Positions 18,993 through 27,950 of a DNA stretch of 32,000 nucleotides are shown piece after piece. Positions within the stretch are counted from its first letter, which is position 1; each line of letters begins with the position of its first letter. The stretch lies in NCBI RefSeq assembly GCF_000284115.1, contig NC_017080.1, positions 360,001 through 392,000 on the forward strand, read 5' to 3'. Source of the DNA: Phycisphaera mikurensis NBRC 102666 (lineage in GTDB: Bacteria; Planctomycetota; Phycisphaerae; Phycisphaerales; Phycisphaeraceae). The notes beneath the pieces were generated by a model. That model had not been told where the DNA came from. It saw only the letters and a list, made by a program, of their open reading frames with translations, and searched no databases. Position numbers and translations under genes: made by a program.

Positions 18993-19386
18993 GCTCCCGC
19001 CTTACGCACTCCGTTCCGCGGTCCTCGCCGACACGTCGGTGTAGATCCACCACATGCGTTCCGCCGGAGCCGAACCGCTTCCCGTGCGCAGTGCGCGCCG
19101 TCTCGCGATGCACCCTGCCGTCATGGGCGAGCTCGCCTGCGGGAACCTACCCGCCCGGGAGCTGACGCTCCCGCGCATGCGGACGATGTGGAGCCTCCGG
19201 CCGGCGAGCGACGACGAGGTTCTTCAACTCATCGAGGGGCACCGTCTGCACGGGCGCGGTGTCGGCTGGATCGACTTCCACCTGCTCACCACTTGCAAGC
19301 TCCGCGGCCCGTCGCTGTGGACGCGGGACAAGCGGCTGCGGGAGGTGGCGGCGGAGGTGCTGGGCGAGGAGAAGGTGTGGGTGTGA
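18982..19386 (+). pseudogene. vapC: VapC-type PIN toxin frame interrupted by an in-frame amber codon (19042-19044)
   Basis: Reading from GTG 18982: VPPELPPYALRSAVLADTSV*IHHMRSAGAEPLPVRSARRLAMHPAVMGELACGNLPARELTLPRMRTMWSLRPASDDEVLQLIEGHRLHGRGVGWIDFHLLTTCKLRGPSLWTRDKRLREVAAEVLGEEKVWV. Single frame throughout; the track shows only 19054-19386. Confidence 0.8.
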
Positions 19387-19610
19387 ATCCGCTGCGCTCA
19401 GACCTGCCCAATCGGATCGGCACCGGCCGCCCGGCGCTGCAGCGCAGCGGAGCCAGCGGCTTCCACGCGGAGCCGGGGCTTCGCCCCCGCGGAGCCCCGC
19501 ACCTCGGTTGATTCGACTCGCGCAGCGGCAGGAAATGGAAAGGGCTTCTGCCAGGAGGCGCCCTCGTTCGGCGGCCTTCGGCGACCGCCCGCGGAGCGAT
19601 CGCGCAGCGC

Positions 19611-21167
19611 TCAGTAGCGGTAATGCGACGGCTTGTATGGCCCGTCCTTCTCCACCGCGATGTAATCGGCCTGATCCTCCGAGAGCTCGGTCAGCTTGAC
19701 ACCCAGCTTGCCCAGGTGCAGGCGGGCGACCTTCTCGTCGAGGATCTTCGGCAGGAGCGTGACCTTGTTCTCCGCGTAGGTGAGCCCGCTGAGCGAATCC
19801 TGCCCGTTGGCCGCCAGCGCCAGGTCGATCTGCGCGATCGTCTGGTTGGTGAAGCTGGCGGACATCACGAAGCTGGGGTGCCCGGTGGCGCAGCCCAGGT
19901 TGAGCAGCCGGCCCTCGGCGAGGATCAGGATGCTGTGGCCGTCCTCGAAGGTCCACTCGTCGTACTGCGGCTTGATGTTGGTCCGCGTGGCGGCCTTCTC
20001 GAGCTTGGCCATCTGGATCTCGTTGTCGAAGTGCCCGATGTTGCCGACGATCGTCTTGTCCTTCATTGCCTGCATGTGCTCCAGGCGGATGATGTCGTAG
20101 TTGCCGGTGGTGGTGATGACGATGTCGGCCTCGGGGAGCGCGTCCTCGAGCGTCGTGACCTCGTAGCCCTCCATCGCGGCCTGCAGGGCGCAGATCGGGT
20201 CGATCTCGGTGACGATGACGCGGGCGCCCTGGCCGCGGAGGCTCTGGCAGCAGCCCTTGCCGACGTCGCCGTAGCCGCAGACGATGGCGACCTTGCCGGA
20301 GACCATCACGTCGGTGGCGCGGAAGAGCCCGTCGATCAGCGAGTGGCGGCAGCCGTAGAGGTTGTCGAACTTGCTCTTGGTGCAGCTGTCGTTGACGTTG
20401 ATCGCCGGGAAGAGCAGCTTGCCGTCCTTCTCCAGCTTGTTGAGCGCCTTGATGCCGGTGGTCGTCTCCTCGGAGACACCCTTGCACGCGGCGGCGACCT
20501 TCTGCCAGCGGTCCGGGGTCTCCTGCTGCACGCGGGCGAGCGTCTTGAGGACCTCCTTGAACTCGACGTTGTCGGTGGTCTCGGGGCCGGGCACGGAGCC
20601 GGCGAGCTCGAACTCGACGCCCTTGTGGATGAGCATCGTGGCGTCGCCGCCGTCGTCGACGATCAGGGTGGGACCGTCACCGTTCTCGAACCGCAGCGCC
20701 TGCTCGGTGCACCACCAGTAGTCGGCGAGGCTCTCGCCCTTCCAGGCGTACACCGGCACGCCCTTGGGCTTGTCGGCGGTGCCCGAGGGGCCGGCGACCA
20801 CGGCGGCGGCGGCGTGGTCCTGCGTGGAGAAGATGTTGCACGAGACCCAGCGGACCTCGGCGCCGAGCTCGACGAGCGTCTCGATGAGGACGGCGGTCTG
20901 GATGGTCATGTGCAGCGAGCCCATGATCCGCTGGCCCTTGAGCGGCTGGGACTCGCCGTACTCGCGGCGGCAGGCCATGAGGCCGGGCATCTCTTCCTCG
21001 GCGAGGCGGATCTCGGTGCGGCCGTAGCGGACGCTCTCCTCGGAGAGGTCGGCGACCTTGAAGGTGAGGCCGCCGCGGGTCTGGGCGGTCGGGAGGTCGC
21101 CGTGCTGGGGGTCGGCACCGGGGGGGGCATCGTGGGGGGCGTTGAGGACGGAGGGGGCGGCGGTCAT
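19611..21167 (-). CDS. ahcY: Adenosylhomocysteinase
   Basis: [107 protein letters not shown], ...[10 protein letters not shown]-terminus. Confidence 0.98.
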   Translation of the reverse strand: MTAAPSVLNAPHDAPPGADPQHGDLPTAQTRGGLTFKVADLSEESVRYGRTEIRLAEEEMPGLMACRREYGESQPLKGQRIMGSLHMTIQTAVLIETLVELGAEVRWVSCNIFSTQDHAAAAVVAGPSGTADKPKGVPVYAWKGESLADYWWCTEQALRFENGDGPTLIVDDGGDATMLIHKGVEFELAGSVPGPETTDNVEFKEVLKTLARVQQETPDRWQKVAAACKGVSEETTTGIKALNKLEKDGKLLFPAINVNDSCTKSKFDNLYGCRHSLIDGLFRATDVMVSGKVAIVCGYGDVGKGCCQSLRGQGARVIVTEIDPICALQAAMEGYEVTTLEDALPEADIVITTTGNYDIIRLEHMQAMKDKTIVGNIGHFDNEIQMAKLEKAATRTNIKPQYDEWTFEDGHSILILAEGRLLNLGCATGHPSFVMSASFTNQTIAQIDLALAANGQDSLSGLTYAENKVTLLPKILDEKVARLHLGKLGVKLTELSEDQADYIAVEKDGPYKPSHYRY

Positions 21168-21237
21168 GGGTCGGCCTTCGACGGGGGGAGGAGCCGCTGT
21201 GCGTGCGGCGGTTCGGGTTCGGGAACGGAGAGCGGGG

Positions 21238-22236
21238 TCAGGCGGCGGGCTTCAAGCCGCGGGCGAGGCGGAGGGCGGGGCCGGTGGCCCCGGGGTCGGG
21301 TGGGAGCAGCGTCGCGCGGACGCCGGTGAGCCCGGCGTCGATCAGGAGGCCGGCGAGGGCTTCTTCGGCGAAGCCGTTGCTCGTCTGGCCCATCGCGCGG
21401 CGGAAGTCGTCGCGGTCGTGCGCGGCGAGGTCGGTGATGGCGACCACGCCGCCGGGCTTCGCCACGCGGGCCATCTCGGCCACGGCGGCGGCGGGCTCGG
21501 CGAGGTACGACAGCACGAGCACGCAGAAAGCGGCGTCGACGGAGGCGTCGGCCAGCGGCGTGGCGGCGAGGTCGCAGCGGTGGAGGGACACGCCGGCGGT
21601 GCCATCGAGGCGGGCGCCGGCGGCGGCGAGCATCTCCGGCGAGGCGTCGAGGCCGTGGACCTCGGCGGCGAAGGGCGCCAGCGCGGCCAGCAGCGAGCCG
21701 GTGCCGCAGCCGAAGTCGGCGACCCTGGCGTCGGCCGGCAGCAGCATCGCCAGCGGCGCGGTGGACAGGCGGGCGCCGTAGACCGCTTCGCGGGTGGCGT
21801 CCCACGTGCCGGCGAGGCCCGCGAAGAAGTCGTCGCCTCCGGAAGCGGCGTGCACGGCGCGGTAGGCGGCGAGGCGAGCGGCGTCCTGGGCGAGCGTCGC
21901 CCAGCCGGCGGTCTGCTTGCGCGTCAATCGCCAGAGGTCGGCTTGATCGGGGTCCAGCTCGTCGTGGACGTTCTCGTACAGCCGCGTGGTGCCTCGCCGA
22001 CGCGAGATCAGGAAGCCGGCGTCGGCCAGGGCTTTGAGGTGCCGCGACACCGTCGACTGCGGGAGCTGCAGGATCGTGCAGAGGCCCGAGACGCCCAGCT
22101 CCTCGGCCTCGAGCAGCCGCAGGAGCCGCACCCGCGTGCCGTCCGCAAGGCAGGAAAGCCACGCGAGCGCGGCGTCGGGCCGCGGCGGGGCGGGCGTGAG
22201 GCCGGGGCCGGGCTGGGGGGTGGGGGGCACATCCAT
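21238..22236 (-). CDS. ArsR-family HTH regulator fused to SAM-dependent methyltransferase
   Basis: HTH part [65 protein letters not shown]; methyltransferase motif [33 protein letters not shown]. Likely start MDVPPTPQP at 22236. Confidence 0.9.
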   Translation of the reverse strand: MDVPPTPQPGPGLTPAPPRPDAALAWLSCLADGTRVRLLRLLEAEELGVSGLCTILQLPQSTVSRHLKALADAGFLISRRRGTTRLYENVHDELDPDQADLWRLTRKQTAGWATLAQDAARLAAYRAVHAASGGDDFFAGLAGTWDATREAVYGARLSTAPLAMLLPADARVADFGCGTGSLLAALAPFAAEVHGLDASPEMLAAAGARLDGTAGVSLHRCDLAATPLADASVDAAFCVLVLSYLAEPAAAVAEMARVAKPGGVVAITDLAAHDRDDFRRAMGQTSNGFAEEALAGLLIDAGLTGVRATLLPPDPGATGPALRLARGLKPAA

Positions 22237-22252
22237 CCGTTGATCCGGATGG
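22233..22252. promoter_or_regulatory. Inverted repeat CCATCCG-N6-CGGATGG at the 5' end of the ArsR-methyltransferase gene
   Basis: Perfect 7-bp arms (22233-22239 and 22246-22252); the proximal arm contains the ATG at 22234-22236. Confidence 0.5.
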
Positions 22253-22416
22253 AAGGATAGACGGCCGGGCCGCCGGTGCGGCGGCGCGGTGGCCGCAGGG
22301 GTGGACCCCGACAAAAGACCCACGCGCGGGGTGGCACGCCGCCGCCGGCGGTTTAGGTTCGAGGCGACGCCGGACCGGCCGGCGTCCCCCTCCCCAAATC
22401 TTTCCGGAGAAAGACT

Positions 22417-22896
22417 TTGAAGACGCCCTTTCTTGCTGTCGCCGCCCTCGCCCTCGCCGCCACGGTGGCCCCGCAGCCCGCCGAGGCCGGCCGCGTCGCC
22501 CTCGACGCGTCAACTCGTTCCTCGCATCGGGACGCGGGCAAGGCCCTCCGCTTCCGCACGGCCAGCCCCTTCTTCGCCCGCCCCCTGCAGACGTGGCCCC
22601 TGCGGAACGCCGGCCGCAGCACCCGCGACGGCTACCGGTGGTGGATCGCCCAGGAGCGGAAGGCCGCGCGGCCGAAGAAGAAGCGCTGCGACCCGGTGAT
22701 GGGCGACATCGGCGGCGACATCGGCGGCGGCTCCGGTTCCGGCACCGGCACGGGTGGGTCCGGCGGAGGGGCGGGCAACCCGGGAGCGGGCGGCGCCGGC
22801 GGGGGCGGGGCGGTTGCGGTGCCGACGCCCTCCGCGGCGTTCGCAGGCGTCCTGGGGCTCGGTGCCCTCGCCGCCCGGCGACGCACGCGGGCGTGA
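22417..22896 (+). CDS. Secreted Gly-rich protein with PEP-CTERM-like sorting tail
   Basis: TTG start with GGAGAAAG upstream; signal peptide MKTPFLAVAALALAATVAPQPAEA; Gly-rich linker; C-terminus VAVPTPSAAFAGVLGLGALAARRRTRA. Confidence 0.7.
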   Translation: MKTPFLAVAALALAATVAPQPAEAGRVALDASTRSSHRDAGKALRFRTASPFFARPLQTWPLRNAGRSTRDGYRWWIAQERKAARPKKKRCDPVMGDIGGDIGGGSGSGTGTGGSGGGAGNPGAGGAGGGGAVAVPTPSAAFAGVLGLGALAARRRTRA

Positions 22897-22992
22897 GTGC
22901 GCTCTCCCGGCGGATCCACCTCCCCCCGCACGCCCACGCCGTTGACCCGGCGGGGCGTGGTCGCGCGCCCCGGGGCCAGGCCCCGCCGCGGA

Positions 22993-23982
22993 TCACCCGC
23001 CGTAGCGGGCGAGGAGGTCCACGATCCGCGCCTGCTGCGGGCTCTCCCGCAGCGAGCGGCGGAGCCGGTCGACGCCGGTGATCCGGTGGTAGCCGCTCGC
23101 CGCGGGCTGCCGGTGGTGCAGGGTCAGGTGGGCGATGGCGCTGCCGTTGAGCGAGGCCACGTCGGCGGGTTCGATCGCGAGCGCCTGCTCGTAGGCGTCG
23201 AGGGCCTCCCGCGGGCGCTCCAGCTTCAGGTAGGCATACGCCAGCCGCTCGTGGCCGCGGAGGCTCGGCTTGCGGCGCTGCAGGGAGGCCAGGACGTTGA
23301 TGGCCCGCTCGTAGTTGCCCTGCGTCAGGTGGGCGTTGGCCAGCCCGAGCAGCATCGGATCGTCGAGGCTGCCGAGCTCGGCGGCCCGCCGGTAGCTGGC
23401 GATGACGTCGTCCCAGCGGCCGAGCATCGCCTGCGTCACGGCGAGGTTGCTCCACGCCGGCTGCGACGAGGGATCCAGCCGCGTGGCGCGCTGGGCCGGA
23501 GCCAGCGCCCTCTCCGGCTGGCCGAGCTGGAGGTACGCGGCGGCGAGGTCGCGGGCGGCGTCGAAGCTCTCGGCCTCGAGGCGGAGGGCCCGGAGGTAAC
23601 CGTCGACGGCTTCGTCGAGGCGTCCGCCGAGGTGCTGCATGAGGGCGCTGCCGTAGGCGGCGGGGAAGCTGGAGGGGTCGATGGCTTCGGCGCGCTGGTA
23701 GGCCGCGAGCGCGGCTTCGGTGTCGCCGCGGCCGCGGTAGATGTGGGCCTCGCCGAGGTGAGCCTCGAGGAAGCGGGGATCTTCTTCGAGCACGAGGCGG
23801 AGCAGCGCCAGCCCCTCGTCGCCGAAGCCCCGGTCGCCCAGCTCACGGGCCTCGGACACGCGGATTAGCGCAGCCTCCCGCCCCCCGCTCCCGCCGCCGG
23901 TGCGGCAGCCCGCCAGCGGGAGCAGCATGAGGGCGACGAGCAGCACGCCGGTGCGGAAACGGGGGAGGGTGGTGCGGGTCAT
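22993..23982 (-). CDS. TPR-repeat lipoprotein
   Basis: MTRTTLPRFRTGVLLVALMLLPLAGCRTGG (lipobox LAGC), multiple TPR units (AALAAYQRAEAIDPSSFPAAYGSAL..., EALDAYEQALAIEPADVASLNG). Start overlaps upstream stop. Confidence 0.85.
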   Translation of the reverse strand: MTRTTLPRFRTGVLLVALMLLPLAGCRTGGGSGGREAALIRVSEARELGDRGFGDEGLALLRLVLEEDPRFLEAHLGEAHIYRGRGDTEAALAAYQRAEAIDPSSFPAAYGSALMQHLGGRLDEAVDGYLRALRLEAESFDAARDLAAAYLQLGQPERALAPAQRATRLDPSSQPAWSNLAVTQAMLGRWDDVIASYRRAAELGSLDDPMLLGLANAHLTQGNYERAINVLASLQRRKPSLRGHERLAYAYLKLERPREALDAYEQALAIEPADVASLNGSAIAHLTLHHRQPAASGYHRITGVDRLRRSLRESPQQARIVDLLARYGG

Positions 23983-24704
23983 CCGGCGGCACCATCGGCA
24001 CGATCCGCCGGAGGATCCACCGGCGGGGGCGCGGCCGGGTTGCCCGGCCCGGAGGCGGCGCCGGCGGCGCGGCCGGCTCCGGCTCGGTGCAGCGGCACCC
24101 ACGCAGCGCCCAGCGCGACGGCGAGCAGGAGGACGCTGAAGATCCAGGGGATCTCCTCGTAGAGCGTCGCCCGGGCAAGCACCACCGCGAGGAGGCCGGC
24201 CATGAGCGCGTACCGCACCGTCGTCAGCCTCCGCAGCGCCGGAGGCACCTCCACGGACGCACGCGACGCCCCGGCGGGTGGCGGCTCGGGCGACGCGAGC
24301 ACCTCCGCCACGAAGACGCCCGCCAGGGCGATCAGCAGCCCCAGCACCCACCGCACCGCCCGGGCGTTCATCGCCGCGTCGACCGCCGCGTACCGCGCGG
24401 TGACCGCCCCGGTGAGCACCCGGTCGAGCTCCGCGTAGCGGGCCTCGGCCTGCTCCCGCTGCGGGCCCTCCGGCAACGCCCCTTCCCCCTCGCCGAGCCC
24501 GAGCTGGGCGAGGGCGGCGGCGCGGGCGGAGGCCGCCTGCTCCCGCGCCGCCTCGGCCGCCTCGTGCGCCTCGGTGCCGCCGAAGAGGGCGATGTAGGCG
24601 GTCGGGGCGGCGGCGCCGAGCAGCGGCGGCCCGAGAACCAGGCCCAGGAGCAGGCCGGCGGCGAGGAGGAGGAGGTCGCGGCGGCCGGGGAAGGGGAAGA
24701 CCAT
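23979..24704 (-). CDS. Hypothetical membrane protein (several TM segments)
   Basis: MVFPFPGRRDLLLLAAGLLLGLVLG..., AVRWVLGLLIALAGVFVAEVLA, YALMAGLLAVVLARATLYEEIPWIFSVLLLAVALGAAWVPL; 4-bp overlap with the next gene. Confidence 0.75.
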   Translation of the reverse strand: MVFPFPGRRDLLLLAAGLLLGLVLGPPLLGAAAPTAYIALFGGTEAHEAAEAAREQAASARAAALAQLGLGEGEGALPEGPQREQAEARYAELDRVLTGAVTARYAAVDAAMNARAVRWVLGLLIALAGVFVAEVLASPEPPPAGASRASVEVPPALRRLTTVRYALMAGLLAVVLARATLYEEIPWIFSVLLLAVALGAAWVPLHRAGAGRAAGAASGPGNPAAPPPVDPPADRADGAAG

Positions 24705-24879
24705 CCGGCGAGGGTAAAGGCGGCTCCGCGCCGCCGAGAAACGCGGCCCCACCGCGTGGTCGCGCCGCCGCGAGGCCCGGCCGGCTCCCGCCGCGTTCGG
24801 CTTCCCATCGGCCGGCGCGCAGCCGCGGCGGTCTCCACCGGCGGCGCCGGACCCGCGACGTTCCCGGCCCGCCGGCCTG

Positions 24880-26151
24880 CTAGGGGACCAGCACGGCGTC
24901 TTGGGCGATGTCGACCGGCGTCGTGCGGGAATCCGCCGAAGCCGACTCCGGCGCCCAGAGGTGGTCCCACGCCGGCGAGCGGCCGGGCAGCACGGGCACG
25001 CCGAGGCTCGGCCGGACGGTCCAGCGGGCGTCGCCGGCGGCGGTCAGCACGTTCTGGCCCTCGCCGCGGTGCAGGCGGCTGGGCGTCATCTCGGGCCGCC
25101 CCGCGACCGGCACGAGCCGGCCGGCCCGCAGCACGAACAGCGGGTTGCGGTCCGCGAGCACCCCCAGGTCGCTGCGGGCGTCGTCGAGCCGGAGCGGCCG
25201 CGGGCCGGCCTGGCTCTGGTACGAGTAGGCGGCGGCGCCGGCCATCCGCCAGGCGAAGCGGCCGGCGGCGGCCGCCGCTTCACCGGGCTGGCCGTTGCAG
25301 ATCAGCCGCTCGACGGGGAGGTACCCGCCGCCGCGCGTCGCCAGCAGGGCGAGGTGCTGCGCGTTGCCGCCGCTGAACCTCGGCGGGAGGTCGGCCGGCC
25401 CCGCCGTGTCGGCCGCCGACGCCGCCGACGGCAGCAGCCCCGCCAGCGGGGCACCCGAGAAGCCCGCCGCCCGCGGCATCACGCCGCCGAAGTCCGCGGC
25501 GTACTGGGCGAACGCGCCGCCCGCGGCCCGCAGGTTGTTCATGCAGGCGAGGCGGCCGGCCTCCACGGACGACTGCCGGAGCACCGGGAGCAGCAGGGCG
25601 GAGCCGATCAGCAGCACCGCGGCGGCCGAGAGCACCTGCCGGAAGCCGCTGCGGAGCGAGCGCCCGAAGCCGATGCGCCCGGCGACGGAGGCGGCGTCGG
25701 CCTCGGGGCCGTTCGGCCCGCGGAAGCGATCGATCTGCGCGGCGAGCGCTTCGGCCCGCCGCTGCGCCGCCAGCCGCTCGAGCGTCCGCGGGGCGAGGCC
25801 GGCGGGCACGCCCTCCGCCCCGAGCGAAGCCGCGGCGCCCGCCAGCAGCGCGTCCAGCCCGGCGAGGCCGGCCGGCGGCGGGCCGTTGGCGCCGTCGGCG
25901 AGCCACGCGTCGAGGAGGTCCGCGTCGCGGGGCAGGAGCGTCGCGGCGGGCGCGGCCGCCGCGCCGCCATCGCGGACCAGAGCCGCGGCGCGGCGGGCGA
26001 GGCCGGCCGGGACGGGCGCGCCCGAAGCCGGGTCCGCCGCCGCGAACAACGCCGCGATCCTGCCCGCGACGCCCTCCACGGCGGCCGAAGGCGACCCCCC
26101 CCGGCCCGAGAGGGCCTCGGCGGTTTCAGGTCGCGGCATGGGCTCGTTCAT
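24880..26151 (-). CDS. Sigma-factor-linked single-pass membrane protein with prepilin/DUF1559-like C-terminal domain
   Basis: TM VLSAAAVLLIGSALLLPVL; then EAGRLACMNNLRAAGGAFAQYAADFGGVMP and SRLHRGEGQNVLTAAGDARWTV, resembling prepilin-like H-X9-DG proteins; adjacent to the sigma factor gene. Confidence 0.7.
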   Translation of the reverse strand: MNEPMPRPETAEALSGRGGSPSAAVEGVAGRIAALFAAADPASGAPVPAGLARRAAALVRDGGAAAAPAATLLPRDADLLDAWLADGANGPPPAGLAGLDALLAGAAASLGAEGVPAGLAPRTLERLAAQRRAEALAAQIDRFRGPNGPEADAASVAGRIGFGRSLRSGFRQVLSAAAVLLIGSALLLPVLRQSSVEAGRLACMNNLRAAGGAFAQYAADFGGVMPRAAGFSGAPLAGLLPSAASAADTAGPADLPPRFSGGNAQHLALLATRGGGYLPVERLICNGQPGEAAAAAGRFAWRMAGAAAYSYQSQAGPRPLRLDDARSDLGVLADRNPLFVLRAGRLVPVAGRPEMTPSRLHRGEGQNVLTAAGDARWTVRPSLGVPVLPGRSPAWDHLWAPESASADSRTTPVDIAQDAVLVP

Positions 26152-26236
26152 GAGGAAAGCGCGGAGCGGGCGGGCCGGGGGCCGGAAAGCGGCGGATTCT
26201 CTACGCGGCGTGGCCGCGGAGGTTCGTCCGGCCGTC

Positions 26237-26911
26237 TCACTCCGGATCGAGCCTGGCGGAGGGCCCGATCTTGGGGTGCGTCTCCTTCCACCGGATCGCG
26301 AAGGCCGCGACGGCGGCGTGCAGCCGGCTCTTCACCGTTCCCAGCGGGATCCCGAGCATCTCCGCGATCTCGCGGTAGGCGAGCTTCTCGAAGTAGGCGA
26401 GCGTGAGCACCTCCCGCAGGTGATCCGGCAGGCCGCTCACGGCGTCGCGCACCAGCACCGCGACCTCGCCCTCGGCCGCGACGCTGCCCGGCTCGGGCAG
26501 GTCGGCCTCCATGAGGTCGACGAAGCTGGCGCCGTCGGAGGCCGCGCCGCCGACCTTGGCGTCGAGCGGCAGGGCCCGGTGGCGCTTGTTCCGCCGCAGA
26601 TGATCGCGAGCCTTGTTGGCGCCGATCGTGAACAGCCACGGCCGGAAACGCTTCTCCGCGTCGAAGGTCGCCGCCGATTTGTGCACCTGGAGGAAGGTCT
26701 CCTGGAACAGGTCGTCCGCCGTGGCCCGGTCGTTCACGAAGCGCAGCAGGAAGAAGAACAGGTCGCGCTCGTAGCGGAGGATCAGCGTTTCCAACGCCGT
26801 CTGACCCTCCACCGGCCCGGGCTTGCCCGAGCGGTGCAGCGTGAGCAGCTCCGCGTCGGTGGCTTCCGCGTCCCCTCCCGCCGGCCCCGCTTTGTCCGTC
26901 CCAGCGGCCAT
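26237..26911 (-). CDS. ECF-type RNA polymerase sigma-70 factor
   Basis: FVNDRATADDLFQETFLQVHKSAATFDAEKRFRPWLFTIGANKARDHLRR (region 2) and VSGLPDHLREVLTLAYFEKLAYREIAEMLGIPLGTVKSRLHAA (region 4). Confidence 0.95.
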   Translation of the reverse strand: MAAGTDKAGPAGGDAEATDAELLTLHRSGKPGPVEGQTALETLILRYERDLFFFLLRFVNDRATADDLFQETFLQVHKSAATFDAEKRFRPWLFTIGANKARDHLRRNKRHRALPLDAKVGGAASDGASFVDLMEADLPEPGSVAAEGEVAVLVRDAVSGLPDHLREVLTLAYFEKLAYREIAEMLGIPLGTVKSRLHAAVAAFAIRWKETHPKIGPSARLDPE

Positions 26912-27041
26912 GCGGCGAGGGTACCCCGCCGTGCAGCCGGTGCGGGCTGCCCCTCGGCCTCGCGGGTGGCAATCCCGCCACGTCCTGGGCGTCGCGGGCT
27001 CCCCGCGGCGGGCGGTCCCGGACGCGACCTAGCTTCCCCCC

Positions 27042-27887
27042 GTGGCCCCCGCTCCTCCCGCCGACGTGCTCGCCTTCGCCCTCTCCTTCGTGCGGGAGGC
27101 GGGGAAGATGCAGCTGGCGGCCTTCGGTTCCGCCCAGCGCGAGCTCAAGGGGCCGCTGGACGTGGTGACCGAGGCCGATCACGCGATCGAGGCGGAGTTC
27201 GTGCGTCGCCTCCGCGCGGCCCACCCCGGCCACGGCTTCGTCGGCGAGGAGACCACCGCCGCCGACGGGCACGCCGGTTCCGCCGAGCCCTCGGAGGGCT
27301 GGGCGTGGGTGCTCGACCCGATCGACGGGACCGTCAACTATGCCTACGGCCTCGGCGGCTTCTGCGTTTCGCTCGGGCTGCTCCGCGACGGCGCGCCGGC
27401 CGCCGCGTGGGTGCTCGACCCCCTGCGCGACGAGCTCTTCGCCGCGACGGCCGGCGGCGGAGCCACGCGCAACGGCCAGCCGCTGCGTCGGCTGCCCGCT
27501 CGCGTCGACGCCGCCGACGAGGCGATGCCGGTCGGCGGCTCGTCGGGGTTGATGCACCGCGCCGGCGGCGACCCCGCGCTCATGGAGGCGGTCGGCAAGC
27601 TGCGGATCATGGGCTCGCAGGCGCTGCACCTCTGCCACGTCGCGGCGGGCCGAATGCGCGCGGCGATGAACCCCGACGCGAAGCTCTGGGACGACGCGGC
27701 GGGCGCCCTCATCGTCGCCGAGGCCGGCGGACGCTACGGCCGGCTCGACGGGTCGGGCGTCTTCCCGCTGGCCGCGGGCGATCCCGCGTGGACCGGCGGT
27801 GCGATCGGGAGCCTGGCGGCGAGGTCGGCGGAGTTCGAGTCTCTGGCGGGGTCGTTCGTCGCCGCGGGCGCCGCGGAGCACGCCTGA
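27042..27887 (+). CDS. Inositol monophosphatase family protein
   Basis: VTEADHAIEAEFVRRLRAAHPGHGFVGEETTA, WAWVLDPIDGTVNYAYGLGGFCVSLGL, KLWDDAAGALIVAEAGGRYGRLDG. Confidence 0.95.
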   Translation: MAPAPPADVLAFALSFVREAGKMQLAAFGSAQRELKGPLDVVTEADHAIEAEFVRRLRAAHPGHGFVGEETTAADGHAGSAEPSEGWAWVLDPIDGTVNYAYGLGGFCVSLGLLRDGAPAAAWVLDPLRDELFAATAGGGATRNGQPLRRLPARVDAADEAMPVGGSSGLMHRAGGDPALMEAVGKLRIMGSQALHLCHVAAGRMRAAMNPDAKLWDDAAGALIVAEAGGRYGRLDGSGVFPLAAGDPAWTGGAIGSLAARSAEFESLAGSFVAAGAAEHA

Positions 27888-27950
27888 GGAGCCGGTGCGG
27901 CCGGGCGCGCGACGGGCCGCACGCATCGCGGCCGTGGCCCGCGGGGGAGA

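Noticed and set aside
19430-19520. GC-rich hairpins downstream of vapC (e.g. CGGGGCTTCGCCCCCG)
   Set aside because: Short hairpins of this kind are expected by chance at this GC content and there is no T tract; not enough to call a terminator.
21168-21237. Possible SAH riboswitch in the ahcY leader
   Set aside because: The gap to the upstream ArsR-methyltransferase gene is only 70 bp and I could not match the SAH riboswitch core; a covariance-model search would be needed.
19623-21329. 568-aa plus-strand ORF antisense to ahcY
   Set aside because: Mirror of ahcY codons; repetitive Val/Leu/Asp/His composition.
22733-22830. Gly/Ser/Thr-rich short repeats in the 22417 gene
   Set aside because: Codon-level low complexity encoding a flexible linker, not a CRISPR or tandem nucleotide repeat array.
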